Source: an uncultured Verrucomicrobiota bacterium (GTDB taxonomy: Bacteria > Verrucomicrobiota > Verrucomicrobiia > Limisphaerales > MWDV01). From it: 64,000 nt of DNA. The stretch lies in NCBI GenBank assembly GCA_964634255.1, contig CAZWJC010000001.1:6116-70115 (forward strand), in the 5' to 3' direction. Of this stretch, positions 17,601 to 25,434 are shown one piece after another; within the stretch, counting starts at the first letter, position 1; every line of letters begins with the position of its first letter. Below the pieces are notes generated by a model, which did no database searches, had not been told where the DNA came from, and worked only from the letters and a program-made list of their open reading frames with translations. The translations under genes were made by a program, and so were the position numbers.

Positions 17601-19440
17601 CAAGCGCGCTGCCCACGGCGAAATACCGCACAAAGAGTCCCAAGTCCATGTGTTGGCTGACGGTTTGCACGTAGCTGCTGTCGGGCGTGGCGGAGGACAA
17701 GGCGTAAGCAAGCGCGATCAAGTCGCGCCAGTCGTTCTCGCTGGTATTCGAGGTCTTGAAGTAGCCGCCGGATGAAGCATTGGTGTAGTTCCACAGATCT
17801 GGCCCTTCGTAATCGAGATTGGCATACCAGGGGTAAATCGAGGCCCGATAGACATTGCCGTTGCCGTCGGTCGGAAAATGATGAGCTGCCCACTCATTGT
17901 TGATCGGCTCGACCAGGACATAGGAACCAAATCCGGCCCCGGTGGACGTGCCGTTTACGGGCAGGCCGCTGCGGGTGTAATTGTGGCCGTTCAACCTCAC
18001 CTGCACCGCGCGTGCCTCGGCGGCAGCCAGTCCCGACCGCAGGGAAAAGGCGCTCCCGGCCAACTGGGAGTGGACATATTGGGAGTTGAGATTGATGGCG
18101 CTCTGATCGTTCCACAGCCGGTCGGTTGGAATGTTGACGCGCCAATTGGGGGGCACGCAATCGCGGGAGCCCTCCCCGCGAACGCGGACGCCAACGTTGT
18201 AGCGAACCTTGACGCCGGAGCCGTCGGCACTGATGAACGAGCCGTTCATCTCCGCGTTGCTGTCTTCCGTGTCAATTGCGCCCGGGTCGTTCATGAGCCG
18301 CTGGAACTCGGCGCGTTCCGATTCCGTCAGGACCAGGCGATAGAACGGTTGGTCCGCATTGGATACGCTAGGCGGATCCAGGTCTTCATCCACCTGGAGA
18401 AGCGCGTTGCAGGTTTGGGCAAACGAGCCATCCAACTGTCGGGCAGCCGCCGGCCAGGTGCGCCCATAAGCCTGGGCATCTGTGGCGGAGACGTAGAATT
18501 CGATGACGGCGCCGTTCGTTTGGGACGGCAGCACGGCGCCGAACAGCCGATCGTCCGCCAATCCGTCGCCATGTGCGCCGTCGTCGAACATGGGGAGTGG
18601 GGCGAACGCTGGAGGATTCGTCGTGCTGTGGTTGCGGTAGAATAGAGTGACGCCTACGCCGGGGATCTGTTCATCAATCACCCGCGCGGTAATCGTGATG
18701 GAATCTGCGGGCTTGGGGACGGGTGGATAATGGACCGTATCAAGAATGAGCGGCGCGATGTTCGTGGCGACGACGGAGTTCGGGAAGCCCGGCGTGCCAT
18801 TGGTGACCGTGCTGGCCAGCCAATTCTGACCGGTATCGTTCCGCAAACCTGGATTCACCAACTCCAGGGAACGCGCGCCTTCCACCGCACCGGTGGCGGT
18901 GGTCAGGTCGGCGCCGTCGTGCGCGGCGAACCACTTCCAGCCGCGGAAGGTGTGGTCCAGCGGCCCGCGCTGGCGGATGGCCCAGGCGCCTTCGTCGGCA
19001 TAGCTCACCACATCCACGCGCTGGCCGGTGGCGTCTCGCAGCTCGATCGTTTCGCGCGAATTGGCGAGCTGGCCCTGCCAGTTGCCGAGGACATTTGTTA
19101 CGCCCGGGTATTTGGCAACAAAGTTGGTCAGGTTGGCGGCCACGACCACGCAGCCACCCGGCGACAGCGTCAGGTTCGTCATCGGCACGAAATCAGCGCG
19201 TACGACAGTCAGTGCGTTCGAAAACGACAGGTTCACGCCCCCGCTCAACCGCCAGTTCGTGATGTTTGTTGGCGCATTGCCAGAGTTAAACAGTTCGATG
19301 TATTCCTCCCGGATATCCTCAGACGCGGGATGATACATGATCTCATTGATTACCACCTCCGCGGAGAGGTTAAGACCGCCGGCCAGGAACAACACGCCCA
19401 CCCTGCAGGCGAAGCGATTAAAAGACAACATACCCATCAT
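11647..19440 (-). CDS. giant exported surface protein with at least seven lamin-tail domains and a CotH kinase-like domain
   Basis: Start placed at ATGATGGGTATG (19440), giving a signal-like MMGMLSFNRFACRVGVLFLAGGLNLSA. LTD motifs recur (VVINEIMYHP..EYIELFN, VRLNEIL..LIELFN, INEWLA..FIELYN and others). The CotH-like segment is INLNSQY...VLVEPINNEW...VPHDFDTILG. Confidence 0.85.
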   Translation of the reverse strand: MMGMLSFNRFACRVGVLFLAGGLNLSAEVVINEIMYHPASEDIREEYIELFNSGNAPTNITNWRLSGGVNLSFSNALTVVRADFVPMTNLTLSPGGCVVVAANLTNFVAKYPGVTNVLGNWQGQLANSRETIELRDATGQRVDVVSYADEGAWAIRQRGPLDHTFRGWKWFAAHDGADLTTATGAVEGARSLELVNPGLRNDTGQNWLASTVTNGTPGFPNSVVATNIAPLILDTVHYPPVPKPADSITITARVIDEQIPGVGVTLFYRNHSTTNPPAFAPLPMFDDGAHGDGLADDRLFGAVLPSQTNGAVIEFYVSATDAQAYGRTWPAAARQLDGSFAQTCNALLQVDEDLDPPSVSNADQPFYRLVLTESERAEFQRLMNDPGAIDTEDSNAEMNGSFISADGSGVKVRYNVGVRVRGEGSRDCVPPNWRVNIPTDRLWNDQSAINLNSQYVHSQLAGSAFSLRSGLAAAEARAVQVRLNGHNYTRSGLPVNGTSTGAGFGSYVLVEPINNEWAAHHFPTDGNGNVYRASIYPWYANLDYEGPDLWNYTNASSGGYFKTSNTSENDWRDLIALAYALSSATPDSSYVQTVSQHMDLGLFVRYFAVGSALDFSETSLLRGVGDDYAMYRGVVDPRFRLVPHDFDTILGQGDSSMDGNRSIWRVVDSPASTAPDQRANVARRLLRHPETAPLYFRELKRLCDTTLAPDPFNSMLDQVLGGWVPESLVTSMKNFGMARRASILSQLPLNFTVTVPLAQSNGFPHTTNASVTLRGTANALDTKSVVVGGSAAAWSVWEARWTNAVSLWPGLNSVLVQCLDSRGAEIARTNVVIWYDDGNVQTAGGTVATDTTWAAANGPYNVTTSLTVASNATLTIEPGTTVYLGSNINFTVATGGRLLAEGTALAPICFTAAPTLGTNWGHLTINGDVGSPESRLSFVHFASNGVSPCIEVASGTLSLDHASFANTARQYLALDDASFAISECVFPTATAAFELVHGTVGIKPGGRGIFRRCFFGAANGYNDVVDFTGGNRNLGQPILQFYDNVFIGSGDDLLDLDGTDAWIEGNIFLHTHRNGAPDSSSAVSGGSNGSDTSEITMVRNLVFDCDHAATAKQGNFYTLLNNTIVHTTKAGGVDTASAVINLADDGTTYGAGFYLEGNIIVDAEALVRNYSNTLSTVTFSNNLLPFVWTGPGGGNSTNDARLKHIPQNSEVQFTTWEEAQVMRDWFSLQPGSPAQGTGPNKSDKGALVSSSVTISGEPPSLTSDTSATLVLGTRITGHGLPTGGFPLGSGYTHYKFRLNDGTWSAETPLTTPLVLSGLANGSYAVQVIGRNDAGEWQSTNAPTVSRSWTVNTALAGVRLNEILARNVSTLLTNGEAPDLIELFNYGGTTVDLSGLGLTDDPATPFKFTFPAATTLGSGQFRVMFADAGADKTRYLGFGLNSSGETVYLFDAASRGGALLDSVSFGPQVNDLALGRLADGSWAACMPSFGAANLAQPTGDPAVVRINEWLASGAALAPDDFIELYNPEPVPVALGGLFLTDSPDGAPALHEIAALSFIPPGGFIAFKADGNTASGPEHLNFKLSPEQGRIGLFDSDLALIDQVSYGPQTTGLSQGRTPNGTATLAFFATPTPGMGNPGHSTSVTTETLALMPMTNVWRFNQSNNLDGFSWMATNYNDSAWQSGRGLLAYETSSWISTLRNTVLLAPNTPPPGLEPGHAYYFRCPLVVSNDLSAHTINAKMRLDDCAVIYINGVEFSRPRMGGGTITNLSFGSSAIGANTDADVDEPFTIPASRFHVGTNIIAVEVHQGNSNSSDVVWGMSLEATRSITNFITTSLVLSEILAAPGAQTNSDGTLTDWVELFNPSPNPINLAGMSLTDDTPASHRWVFPTGVTLAAGTRLVVKFDATAPPSTNVVTPLNTGFGLSSTGDAVYLYNATASLLDALVFGPQADGFSLARLPDASGSWTLALPTPESANIAAELGSAAEIRINEWAASVAGGPDWFELYNPSLQPAALGGLYLTDKLNNRTKHLIPPLSFIGTATNGFLKFVADNDTTQGTDHVGFTLDAGGEAVGLFPPGTAPAIDSVTFGAQTTGVSEGRFPDGAANRTFFSASSPGAANWLVLTNVFINEILSHTDPPLEDALELFNASDAPLDVSGWWLSDDKDDLRKFRIPAGTILSPRGFAVLYEYQFNPEPGVGSSFEFSSAYGDSAWLSATDANGQLTGFRGHVKFGPQFNGVSFGRVPTSVGVDFAAMQTHTFGTSVTAASPTNLLPVFRAGAGAPNAAPHVGPIVISEIMYHPLVLGTNDSARDEFVELHNLGFATVPLYDAYHPTNGWRLRGGVDFDFNTSHSLPPGGFMVLVSFNPASDPAAVAAFRAAYGTNATLVGPYSGRLDNAGEPLELYAPDNPQTLPPDVGFAPYVLMEKVVYSDLSPWPTNADGFGQSLQRLTPAAYGNEPTNWFAALPSAGFSPGGDADGDGLPDAWEEAHGLNTSVNDAALDPDKDSFSNWLEYLAGTDPQSAASVLALISATPSYGGTDIRFEAVAGRSYTILETAVLSGGTWQRLADVAPLDAAGPVTVHDPTPPTTSHFYRLVTPALP

Positions 19441-19610
19441 TCTGCCCCCTTTTGGAATCGGTGCAAGCAAGGGAAAAAGAGACACGCGTTGGAGGAAAAG
19501 GAGACACGACGACACCCAGGCGGCCGAGGACAGGGGCGGCGATCCCGCATAGCCGTGAATTCCACGCTTCTCTTCTCCACGTTTTTCGGCCAACCATTGG
19601 GCCAGTCATC

Positions 19611-20528
19611 ATGAATACAATCCAAACCCTGGTGCTGCTGGCCGGATGCAGCAGTCTGTTTAGCACGGCATATGCCCAACCCACTCCCGTGGAATCGCCC
19701 GTGATCGCGCCGGAGGCGAAGCTGGAGAAGCTCGCCGGCGAGTTCAAGTTCACCGAAGGTCCGACGTGCGACAAGAGCGGCAACGTCTTCTTCACGGACC
19801 AGCCGAACAACCGCATCATGAAATGGAGCGTGGATGGCAAACTCTCCACGTTCCTGCAACCCGCAGGCCGGGCGAACGGCATGTATTTCGACGCGCAGGG
19901 GAACTTGATCGCCTGCGCCGACGAGCAGACCGAGTTGTGGTCGATCACCCAGGATGGCAAGCACACGGTGCTCGCCAACAAATACGAGGGCAAGAAGCTC
20001 AATGCGCCCAACGACGTCTGGGTGCGGCCCGACGGCGCACTGTATTTCACCGATCCGTTCTACAAACGCGACTGGTGGGATTACGACAAGCCCCCGCAGG
20101 AGACCGAACAGGTGTACTTCCTGTCTGCTGACCGCAAGACGCTTAAGCGCGTCACGACTGATCTCGCGCAGCCCAACGGCATCATTGGCGCGCCGGATGG
20201 CAAGACCTTGTTCGTCGCGGACATCAAGGCGGGCAAGACCTACGCATACGATATCCAGCCCGACGGCACACTGGCGAACAAGCGTCTCCGGTGCGAGCTG
20301 GGCTCGGATGGCATGACGCTCGACACCGAGGGCAACCTCTACCTGACTGGCAAGGGCGTGATTGTGTTCGACAAGACGGGCAGAAAGATCGAGCAGATTC
20401 CCGTCCCCGAAGGTTGGACTGCGAATGTCAGCTTCGGCGGCAAGGACCACAAGACGCTCTTCATCACGGCAAGCAAGGGCCTGTATTCCATCCGCCTGAA
20501 ATACGCGGGCGCAAACCCTGCGAAGTGA
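19611..20528 (+). CDS. SMP-30/gluconolactonase/LRE family protein (exported)
   Basis: In-frame ATG 19611 gives signal peptide MNTIQTLVLLAGCSSLFSTAYA. Motifs FTEGP, FTDQPNNRI, PNDV.V.PDG..YFTD and PNGI..APDGKTLFVAD are typical of the family. Confidence 0.8.
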   Translation: MNTIQTLVLLAGCSSLFSTAYAQPTPVESPVIAPEAKLEKLAGEFKFTEGPTCDKSGNVFFTDQPNNRIMKWSVDGKLSTFLQPAGRANGMYFDAQGNLIACADEQTELWSITQDGKHTVLANKYEGKKLNAPNDVWVRPDGALYFTDPFYKRDWWDYDKPPQETEQVYFLSADRKTLKRVTTDLAQPNGIIGAPDGKTLFVADIKAGKTYAYDIQPDGTLANKRLRCELGSDGMTLDTEGNLYLTGKGVIVFDKTGRKIEQIPVPEGWTANVSFGGKDHKTLFITASKGLYSIRLKYAGANPAK

Positions 20529-20556
20529 GCGCGGGAGAGTAAAGAAGGAGAAGCGA

Positions 20557-21510
20557 ATGAAAACCTCAGGATTGCTCATCGCTGTTGCGGGATTGGCGTT
20601 CACCCTCCTTGCAGGGTCAGTGCCTGATGCAAGCGGCCAGGCTGCGGTCAAGGCCAGTACACTGGCCTTTGTCGCGGGCGGAACCAACGGATTCACGTTC
20701 GACACCGGCGTGCTCCGCGGCAAGCTGCGCGCCGGCGGCAGCGCGCGCGGGCTTTCGGATGTAGAGCACATCCCGACCGGGAAGCGCCTAGACCGCAGCA
20801 TGGGCTTGTTTGGCCACTACCGCGTGTTTACCGCGAACCGGCGCTACGGCGCCGCGGCCTGGGATTGGCCGGGCGAGGCCAGTCTCCAGGCCGACGGTAG
20901 CGTGGAGTCGCGCTGGCCGGCGACCAGCGAGCGGCCATTCGAGCTGCGCGCCACCTACCGATGGACCGCGGCCAGCGCGCTGGATGTCGTGACGACTGTG
21001 CAGGCGAAAGCGAACCTCTCGAACTTCGAGTCCTTCCTCGCGTCCTACTTCGCGCCGAGCTTTACGAACTCGCGGGCGTACATCGCGGAGTTGCCGGGAC
21101 AGCCCGGGGTCGCTGGTTTCCTCACCGCTGAACCCTCGCTTGGCACCTGGCTGATGTTCCCGCGCGACGAAGCAGCGACCGCGGTCTTTCGCGATGGTCG
21201 GTGGAAGCTGCCGCCCAACCCGGTCGAGTGGGTGGCAATGCCGCGCTTGGCCAAGCCACTGGGCCTCCGGCGCGATCCTGCCACCGGCCTTACCGCGGTG
21301 ATCATGGCGCCCGCGGGCGACGCCTTCGCTTTGTGTACGCCGGAACAAACCGAAGGCCATTACTCGATGTATCTCTCGTTGTTTGGGCGGGATTTGAAAG
21401 CCGGCGAAACCGCCCAGGCGAGAGCACGGCTTGTCATCGGAACCGGCTTATCCAACGCAGACGCACTGAAGGCTTACACAGAATTGGTCCACCGTCCCGG
21501 CGCCAAGTGA
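20557..21510 (+). CDS. hypothetical exported protein
   Basis: 317 aa with signal peptide MKTSGLLIAVAGLAFTLLAGSVPDASG. GGAG-rich RBS-like aaggagaag sits upstream. No family recognised. Confidence 0.6.
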   Translation: MKTSGLLIAVAGLAFTLLAGSVPDASGQAAVKASTLAFVAGGTNGFTFDTGVLRGKLRAGGSARGLSDVEHIPTGKRLDRSMGLFGHYRVFTANRRYGAAAWDWPGEASLQADGSVESRWPATSERPFELRATYRWTAASALDVVTTVQAKANLSNFESFLASYFAPSFTNSRAYIAELPGQPGVAGFLTAEPSLGTWLMFPRDEAATAVFRDGRWKLPPNPVEWVAMPRLAKPLGLRRDPATGLTAVIMAPAGDAFALCTPEQTEGHYSMYLSLFGRDLKAGETAQARARLVIGTGLSNADALKAYTELVHRPGAK

Positions 21511-21548
21511 GTCTGCCGGGAGTCGCTGCACTGCGCCCTGCAGATGGC

Positions 21549-22886
21549 TCAGGGTAGTGTTAAGGCACGCAGGAAGCGCAAATCCGGGCCGACCGTGTTG
21601 GGGATGACGACGTCGAACTGACTGTTGGTGGCCAATGCCGTGACAAGGGGCTGCCAGACGGACAAGTCCGGTGACACTTGAACTTCATAACGCCAATCCA
21701 GGTTCCCCTGGATAGTCACCGCGAGCGACCCGCTTTGTAGCAGGCGCGGGTTCAGCAAAATCGCCGGTTGAGGACGACCCAGTGGCAGGAAGTGAAAACT
21801 CCGGATGACGAACTCCACCTCGGAATTGCCGGCGGGCGCGTCGCCATTTACGAGCCACAGGTTGAGGCGAACGTTCTCATCGCCCGGCTGGGGCACGGCG
21901 GGCGCATCGCTAAACGTCCACTCGCGAATCACGTTCGTGGCAGCCGGTGTGGGAGAATACCAGCCCCGCTGGCTTTGGAAGCGAACGCGGTTTGTCTCCC
22001 ATGTGAACATATGAGTGGATTGCGTCAGGCCCGCTGCCACAGCGTATCGCGTCAGGTGTCCGGAGACATCCCACGGCTGCACGACGAACTGCGCGTTGTT
22101 CGAGTCGCCGGCGTTTCTCCAACGGCTGCACTCGACGTCAATCTCCCGGTGCGCATAGGCCGGGTCGTCGCTCCACGTGAACAAGCCCAACACCGCGCCT
22201 GAGTTCAGATCGTTGACCGTTGACTCCAGCTCGAAGCGGTAGTGGCCACAGCCAAAGCTGCGGCGGGTGACCAACTCCGCGCATTGCCATTGGTTCGAGC
22301 GGTTCGTGATGCGCAGATGCAGCCGGCCTTGCGCGTCGAGCCAGACGTTATTCGAGCTCGACGAGAAATAGTTCGGCCCCGGCCCGACCTGCCCGGGACT
22401 GTCCTTCACCCACCAGTCATAGCCCGAGAAACTAATCTGCCGAACGGCGGGGTTGAAGCGCTCGACGGTGACGCTGGCCAGCGCCTGGGCCAGGACATTC
22501 GTGGGCAACGATGACAGTCCGGTCACACACGGTTCGCTGAAATTGGTGGTCACCAGCAACGCCGCGATCTTCGTCGCGTAGGCGTCGGCACCGCCCGTGG
22601 TGATGTCGGTGGTCCAATTCCCGTCCGCCTGAATGACCGTCAGCACGGGGTTGCAGAACGGCTTGGACCACCAGCCAGCGCCGGGTACGTAGATGAACAC
22701 CGCCACGCGATGTATCGCCGGCGCTGCTTCGCGGACGCGGCCAGCGAGGTCAGCCGTCGAGCCATACGGGGGGACGCTGGTGAATTCAATGGAGGGCGCC
22801 GCGCTTGCCACCAGCCTGCCAGCCGGTAGGAGACTGGCGAGGAGGCATGCCTGGCCAACCATCGCAAAGCGCGCGCTTATGGACAT
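21549..22886 (-). CDS. exported GH16-like (concanavalin-type) glycoside hydrolase with C-terminal sorting-like domain
   Basis: Start placed at ATG 22886 (MSISARFAMVGQACLLASLL). Contains the GH16-type catalytic pattern E-I-D-V-E (HREIDVECSRW). The C-terminus ends DLSVWQPL...LRFLRAL. Confidence 0.6.
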   Translation of the reverse strand: MSISARFAMVGQACLLASLLPAGRLVASAAPSIEFTSVPPYGSTADLAGRVREAAPAIHRVAVFIYVPGAGWWSKPFCNPVLTVIQADGNWTTDITTGGADAYATKIAALLVTTNFSEPCVTGLSSLPTNVLAQALASVTVERFNPAVRQISFSGYDWWVKDSPGQVGPGPNYFSSSSNNVWLDAQGRLHLRITNRSNQWQCAELVTRRSFGCGHYRFELESTVNDLNSGAVLGLFTWSDDPAYAHREIDVECSRWRNAGDSNNAQFVVQPWDVSGHLTRYAVAAGLTQSTHMFTWETNRVRFQSQRGWYSPTPAATNVIREWTFSDAPAVPQPGDENVRLNLWLVNGDAPAGNSEVEFVIRSFHFLPLGRPQPAILLNPRLLQSGSLAVTIQGNLDWRYEVQVSPDLSVWQPLVTALATNSQFDVVIPNTVGPDLRFLRALTLP

Positions 22887-23086
22887 GGGGCGATGGGAGC
22901 CGGGCGGCGCGCGGGAGGCAAGCCACATGTCAGATTCATCGCAGCGGGTTCTGTAGTCGCGTCGGGGAGGATCCCACCTGCAGACCACTCGGTGCGCGCA
23001 ATCAGGACGAGCAAAACGTCGACCGAGCAAGGCCGCCGGCAAATTCACTTCTGCACACCGCGAATCTGGGCTATGTTCCGCCCGCG

Positions 23087-23428
23087 ATGCACGAAGTCAG
23101 CATCATGACCGAAGCAGTGCGGCTCGCCGTGGAAACGGCGCGGGCACAGGGGGCAAAACGCATTTGTCAGTTGCGGCTGCGCGTCGGCGCCATGAGCGGA
23201 GCTGTGCCCGATGCCCTGCAGTTCGCCTTTGAAGCTGTGACCGAGGGGACCATGGCCCAGGGGGCGACCCTCGCCATCGAAGCCGTGCCCGCCACCTGGT
23301 GGTGCGCGCCCTGCGCTGCCACCTTCGACGTGGACCGCACGCTGCCAGAATGCCCGCGCTGTGGGACGTGGAGTCATGAGTTGCGCGGCGGACGGGAACT
23401 GAACATCGCTTCCATCGAGATCGAGTGA
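23087..23428 (+). CDS. hypA: hydrogenase/urease nickel incorporation protein HypA
   Basis: 113 aa; N-terminal MHE(V/L)SI motif and zinc site CxxC...CPxC (WWCAPCAA...CPRCG). Confidence 0.9.
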   Translation: MHEVSIMTEAVRLAVETARAQGAKRICQLRLRVGAMSGAVPDALQFAFEAVTEGTMAQGATLAIEAVPATWWCAPCAATFDVDRTLPECPRCGTWSHELRGGRELNIASIEIE

Positions 23429-23429
23429 T

Positions 23430-24236
23430 ATGTGCAAAGAATGCGGATGCGGCTTGGGTGGCGACGTGAAGATCGGCGGCCACAGTCACGGTGAGGCAGA
23501 TCATCACCACGCGCACGGCGGCGGGCATCAGGCCCATGAACACGGGCACGGCCATGCTCACCAGCACGAGCACGAACCAAAGACCGTCAGCATCCAACGC
23601 TCGCTGCTGGAGAAAAACGCGCGGCTCGCCGAGCGCAACCGCGGCTTCTTCCGCGCCAAGAAGCTGCTTGTGTTGAACGTGCTTTCGTCGCCCGGCTCGG
23701 GCAAGACCACCTTGATCCAGCAAACCGCCGCCGGCCTGCGCGGCAAGCTGCGGCTCGGCGTGATCGTCGGCGACCTGGCCACCGACAACGACGCGGCGCG
23801 GCTTCGTAGTGCGGGCGTGCCCGTCGTGCAAATCACCACGGGCACCGTTTGCCACCTCGAAGCCGACATGGTCGCCCGCGCCGCGGAGAAGCTGGACCTC
23901 GACGCGCTGGACGTGCTGGTGATCGAGAACGTCGGCAACCTCGTCTGCCCCGCCGATTACGATCTCGGCGAAGACCTGCGCGTGGTGTTGCTCTCGGTGA
24001 CCGAGGGAGAAGACAAGCCGTTGAAGTATCCGCCCATGTTCCACTCCGCCAGCGTGGCGTTGATCACGAAGTGCGATCTGGCGGCGGCGGCGGGTTTTAA
24101 TCGCGACGCCGCACTGGCCAACGTGCAACGCATCAGTCATCACGGCCGCGTGTTCGAGCTTTCGGCGAAAACCGGCGAAGGCATGTCCACGTGGCTGGAA
24201 TTTCTCGCGCAACACCACGCGGCAGCGAGGGGTTGA
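23430..24236 (+). CDS. hypB: hydrogenase nickel incorporation GTPase HypB
   Basis: N-terminal CxxCGC motif, a His-rich tract (HSHGEADHHHAHGGGHQAHEHGHGHAHQHEHE), P-loop SSPGSGKTTL and ENVGNLVCP. Starts 2 nt after the hypA stop. Confidence 0.95.
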   Translation: MCKECGCGLGGDVKIGGHSHGEADHHHAHGGGHQAHEHGHGHAHQHEHEPKTVSIQRSLLEKNARLAERNRGFFRAKKLLVLNVLSSPGSGKTTLIQQTAAGLRGKLRLGVIVGDLATDNDAARLRSAGVPVVQITTGTVCHLEADMVARAAEKLDLDALDVLVIENVGNLVCPADYDLGEDLRVVLLSVTEGEDKPLKYPPMFHSASVALITKCDLAAAAGFNRDAALANVQRISHHGRVFELSAKTGEGMSTWLEFLAQHHAAARG

Positions 24237-24329
24237 ACGAACGATCGCTGGTTTCAAAAGGCAATCGGATTGGGGTGCAGACCATGCCCCAGCCTGAAAG
24301 GTAGGAAGAAATTAGCTTGGGCGTAGAGC

Positions 24330-24386
24330 GCCGACGTGCCGTCGGCCTGGAACCGCCGCGCGCTAAGCCGCGCCAAAGACCGGCGC
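24330..24386. repeat. REP-like GC-rich hairpins in the hypB / sigma intergenic region
   Basis: Hairpin gccgacg-tgc-cgtcggc (24330-24346). A degenerate gcgcc-aaagacc-ggcgc (24370-24386) followed by tcca resembles the gcgccgg-agga-ccggcgc-actcca unit flanking the RAYT gene. Confidence 0.45.
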
Positions 24387-24491
24387 TCCAGTGTGTCTGA
24401 CGAGTGCAGACGTTGCTCCCATCGGTATGGATTCGGGCTATCCCGCCTCATACCCGCTTGCGCTTCCAGTCTGGCTCCCTACGCTCGCAAC

Positions 24492-25262
24492 GTGAGTGCC
24501 AGCCACACCGACCCAGCCACCACGCCATTGACGGCGGCGGAATCACCCGCGCGCTCCGCGTTTGTGACAACGCAGTGGTCGGCGGTGCTCGCGGCGGGGG
24601 GCGGAGATTCCGCACGTTCACACATGGCGTTGGAGCAACTTTGCCGCAACTACTGGCCGCCACTCTACGCTTACGTCCGGCGGCTCGGCCATTCGCCGCA
24701 CGACGCCCAGGACCTCACGCAAGAGTTCTTCGCCCGGTTGCTGGAGGGCCACGCCATGGCCAAGGCGGACCCTGAGCGGGGACGGTTTCGTTCCTTTCTG
24801 CTCGCGTCGTTCAAGAACTTCCTCGCGCATGAGTGGGAGAAGGCCCGGGCGCAAAAACGCGGCGGGCGGGCCCAAATCCTCTCGCTCGACCTCGACACCG
24901 CCGAAACTCGCTGCGTCCAACCGACTGCGCCGGATGATGCGCCGGACCGGGCTTTTGACCGGCAATGGGCGCTCGCGCTCCTGGACCTTGTGCTGCGCCG
25001 GCTGCGGCAGGAATACGCGGACTGCGGGCGCGATGACCTGTTCCTCGCCTTGAAGGACACGCTTTCCGGTGGCCGATCGGAAATTCCGTATCGCGAGCTG
25101 GGCGCACGGCTGGCGATGAGCGAAGGCGCGGTGAAGGTGGCAGCGCATCGGTTGCGGCAGCGGTATCGCGAACTGCTGCGCGAGGAAATCGCTAACACCG
25201 TGGCTGGCCCGGAGGAAGTTGAGGAAGAGTTGCGGCAGTTGTTTGCGGCGCTGGGTGGGTGA
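24492..25262 (+). CDS. ECF-type RNA polymerase sigma factor (kinase-associated type), copy 1
   Basis: TTQWSAVLAAG N-terminus, region 2 YWPPLYAYVRRLGHSPHDAQDLTQEFF and a region 4 HTH (AVKVAAHRLRQRYRE). Paralogous to 29721-30470 and 50571-51296. Start at GTG 24492 is uncertain; the track ORF begins at 24336. Confidence 0.85.
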   Translation: MSASHTDPATTPLTAAESPARSAFVTTQWSAVLAAGGGDSARSHMALEQLCRNYWPPLYAYVRRLGHSPHDAQDLTQEFFARLLEGHAMAKADPERGRFRSFLLASFKNFLAHEWEKARAQKRGGRAQILSLDLDTAETRCVQPTAPDDAPDRAFDRQWALALLDLVLRRLRQEYADCGRDDLFLALKDTLSGGRSEIPYRELGARLAMSEGAVKVAAHRLRQRYRELLREEIANTVAGPEEVEEELRQLFAALGG

Positions 25263-25434
25263 GCAGACGGACAGTGATCGGTCCCCGGGCACCGCCGCCG
25301 CGAATGCAGGAGCAGTTGAAATCGTCCGCCGGGACGCGTTTCTGTTCGTGCGTGCTGCGCGTCGGGGACGACGCGCGGTCCTGTTGGACCGGCGCGCTGT
25401 AACCTTGGCATTTCTTTCCGGTAGTAACCGGTGT

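Noticed and set aside
11680-19614. Many plus-strand ORFs (e.g. 11680-13587, 15736-16569, 16621-17775, 17878-18645, 18730-19614)
   Set aside because: All are antisense to the giant LTD/CotH gene, whose domain repeats are clearly real. The translations are low-complexity and rich in R/G/A/V.
19437-20801. 454-aa minus-strand ORF, and the 19452-19610 extension of the SMP-30-like ORF
   Set aside because: The minus ORF is antisense to the SMP-30/gluconolactonase-like gene. The plus extension precedes a good signal peptide that starts at ATG 19611 and overlaps the giant gene's 5' region.
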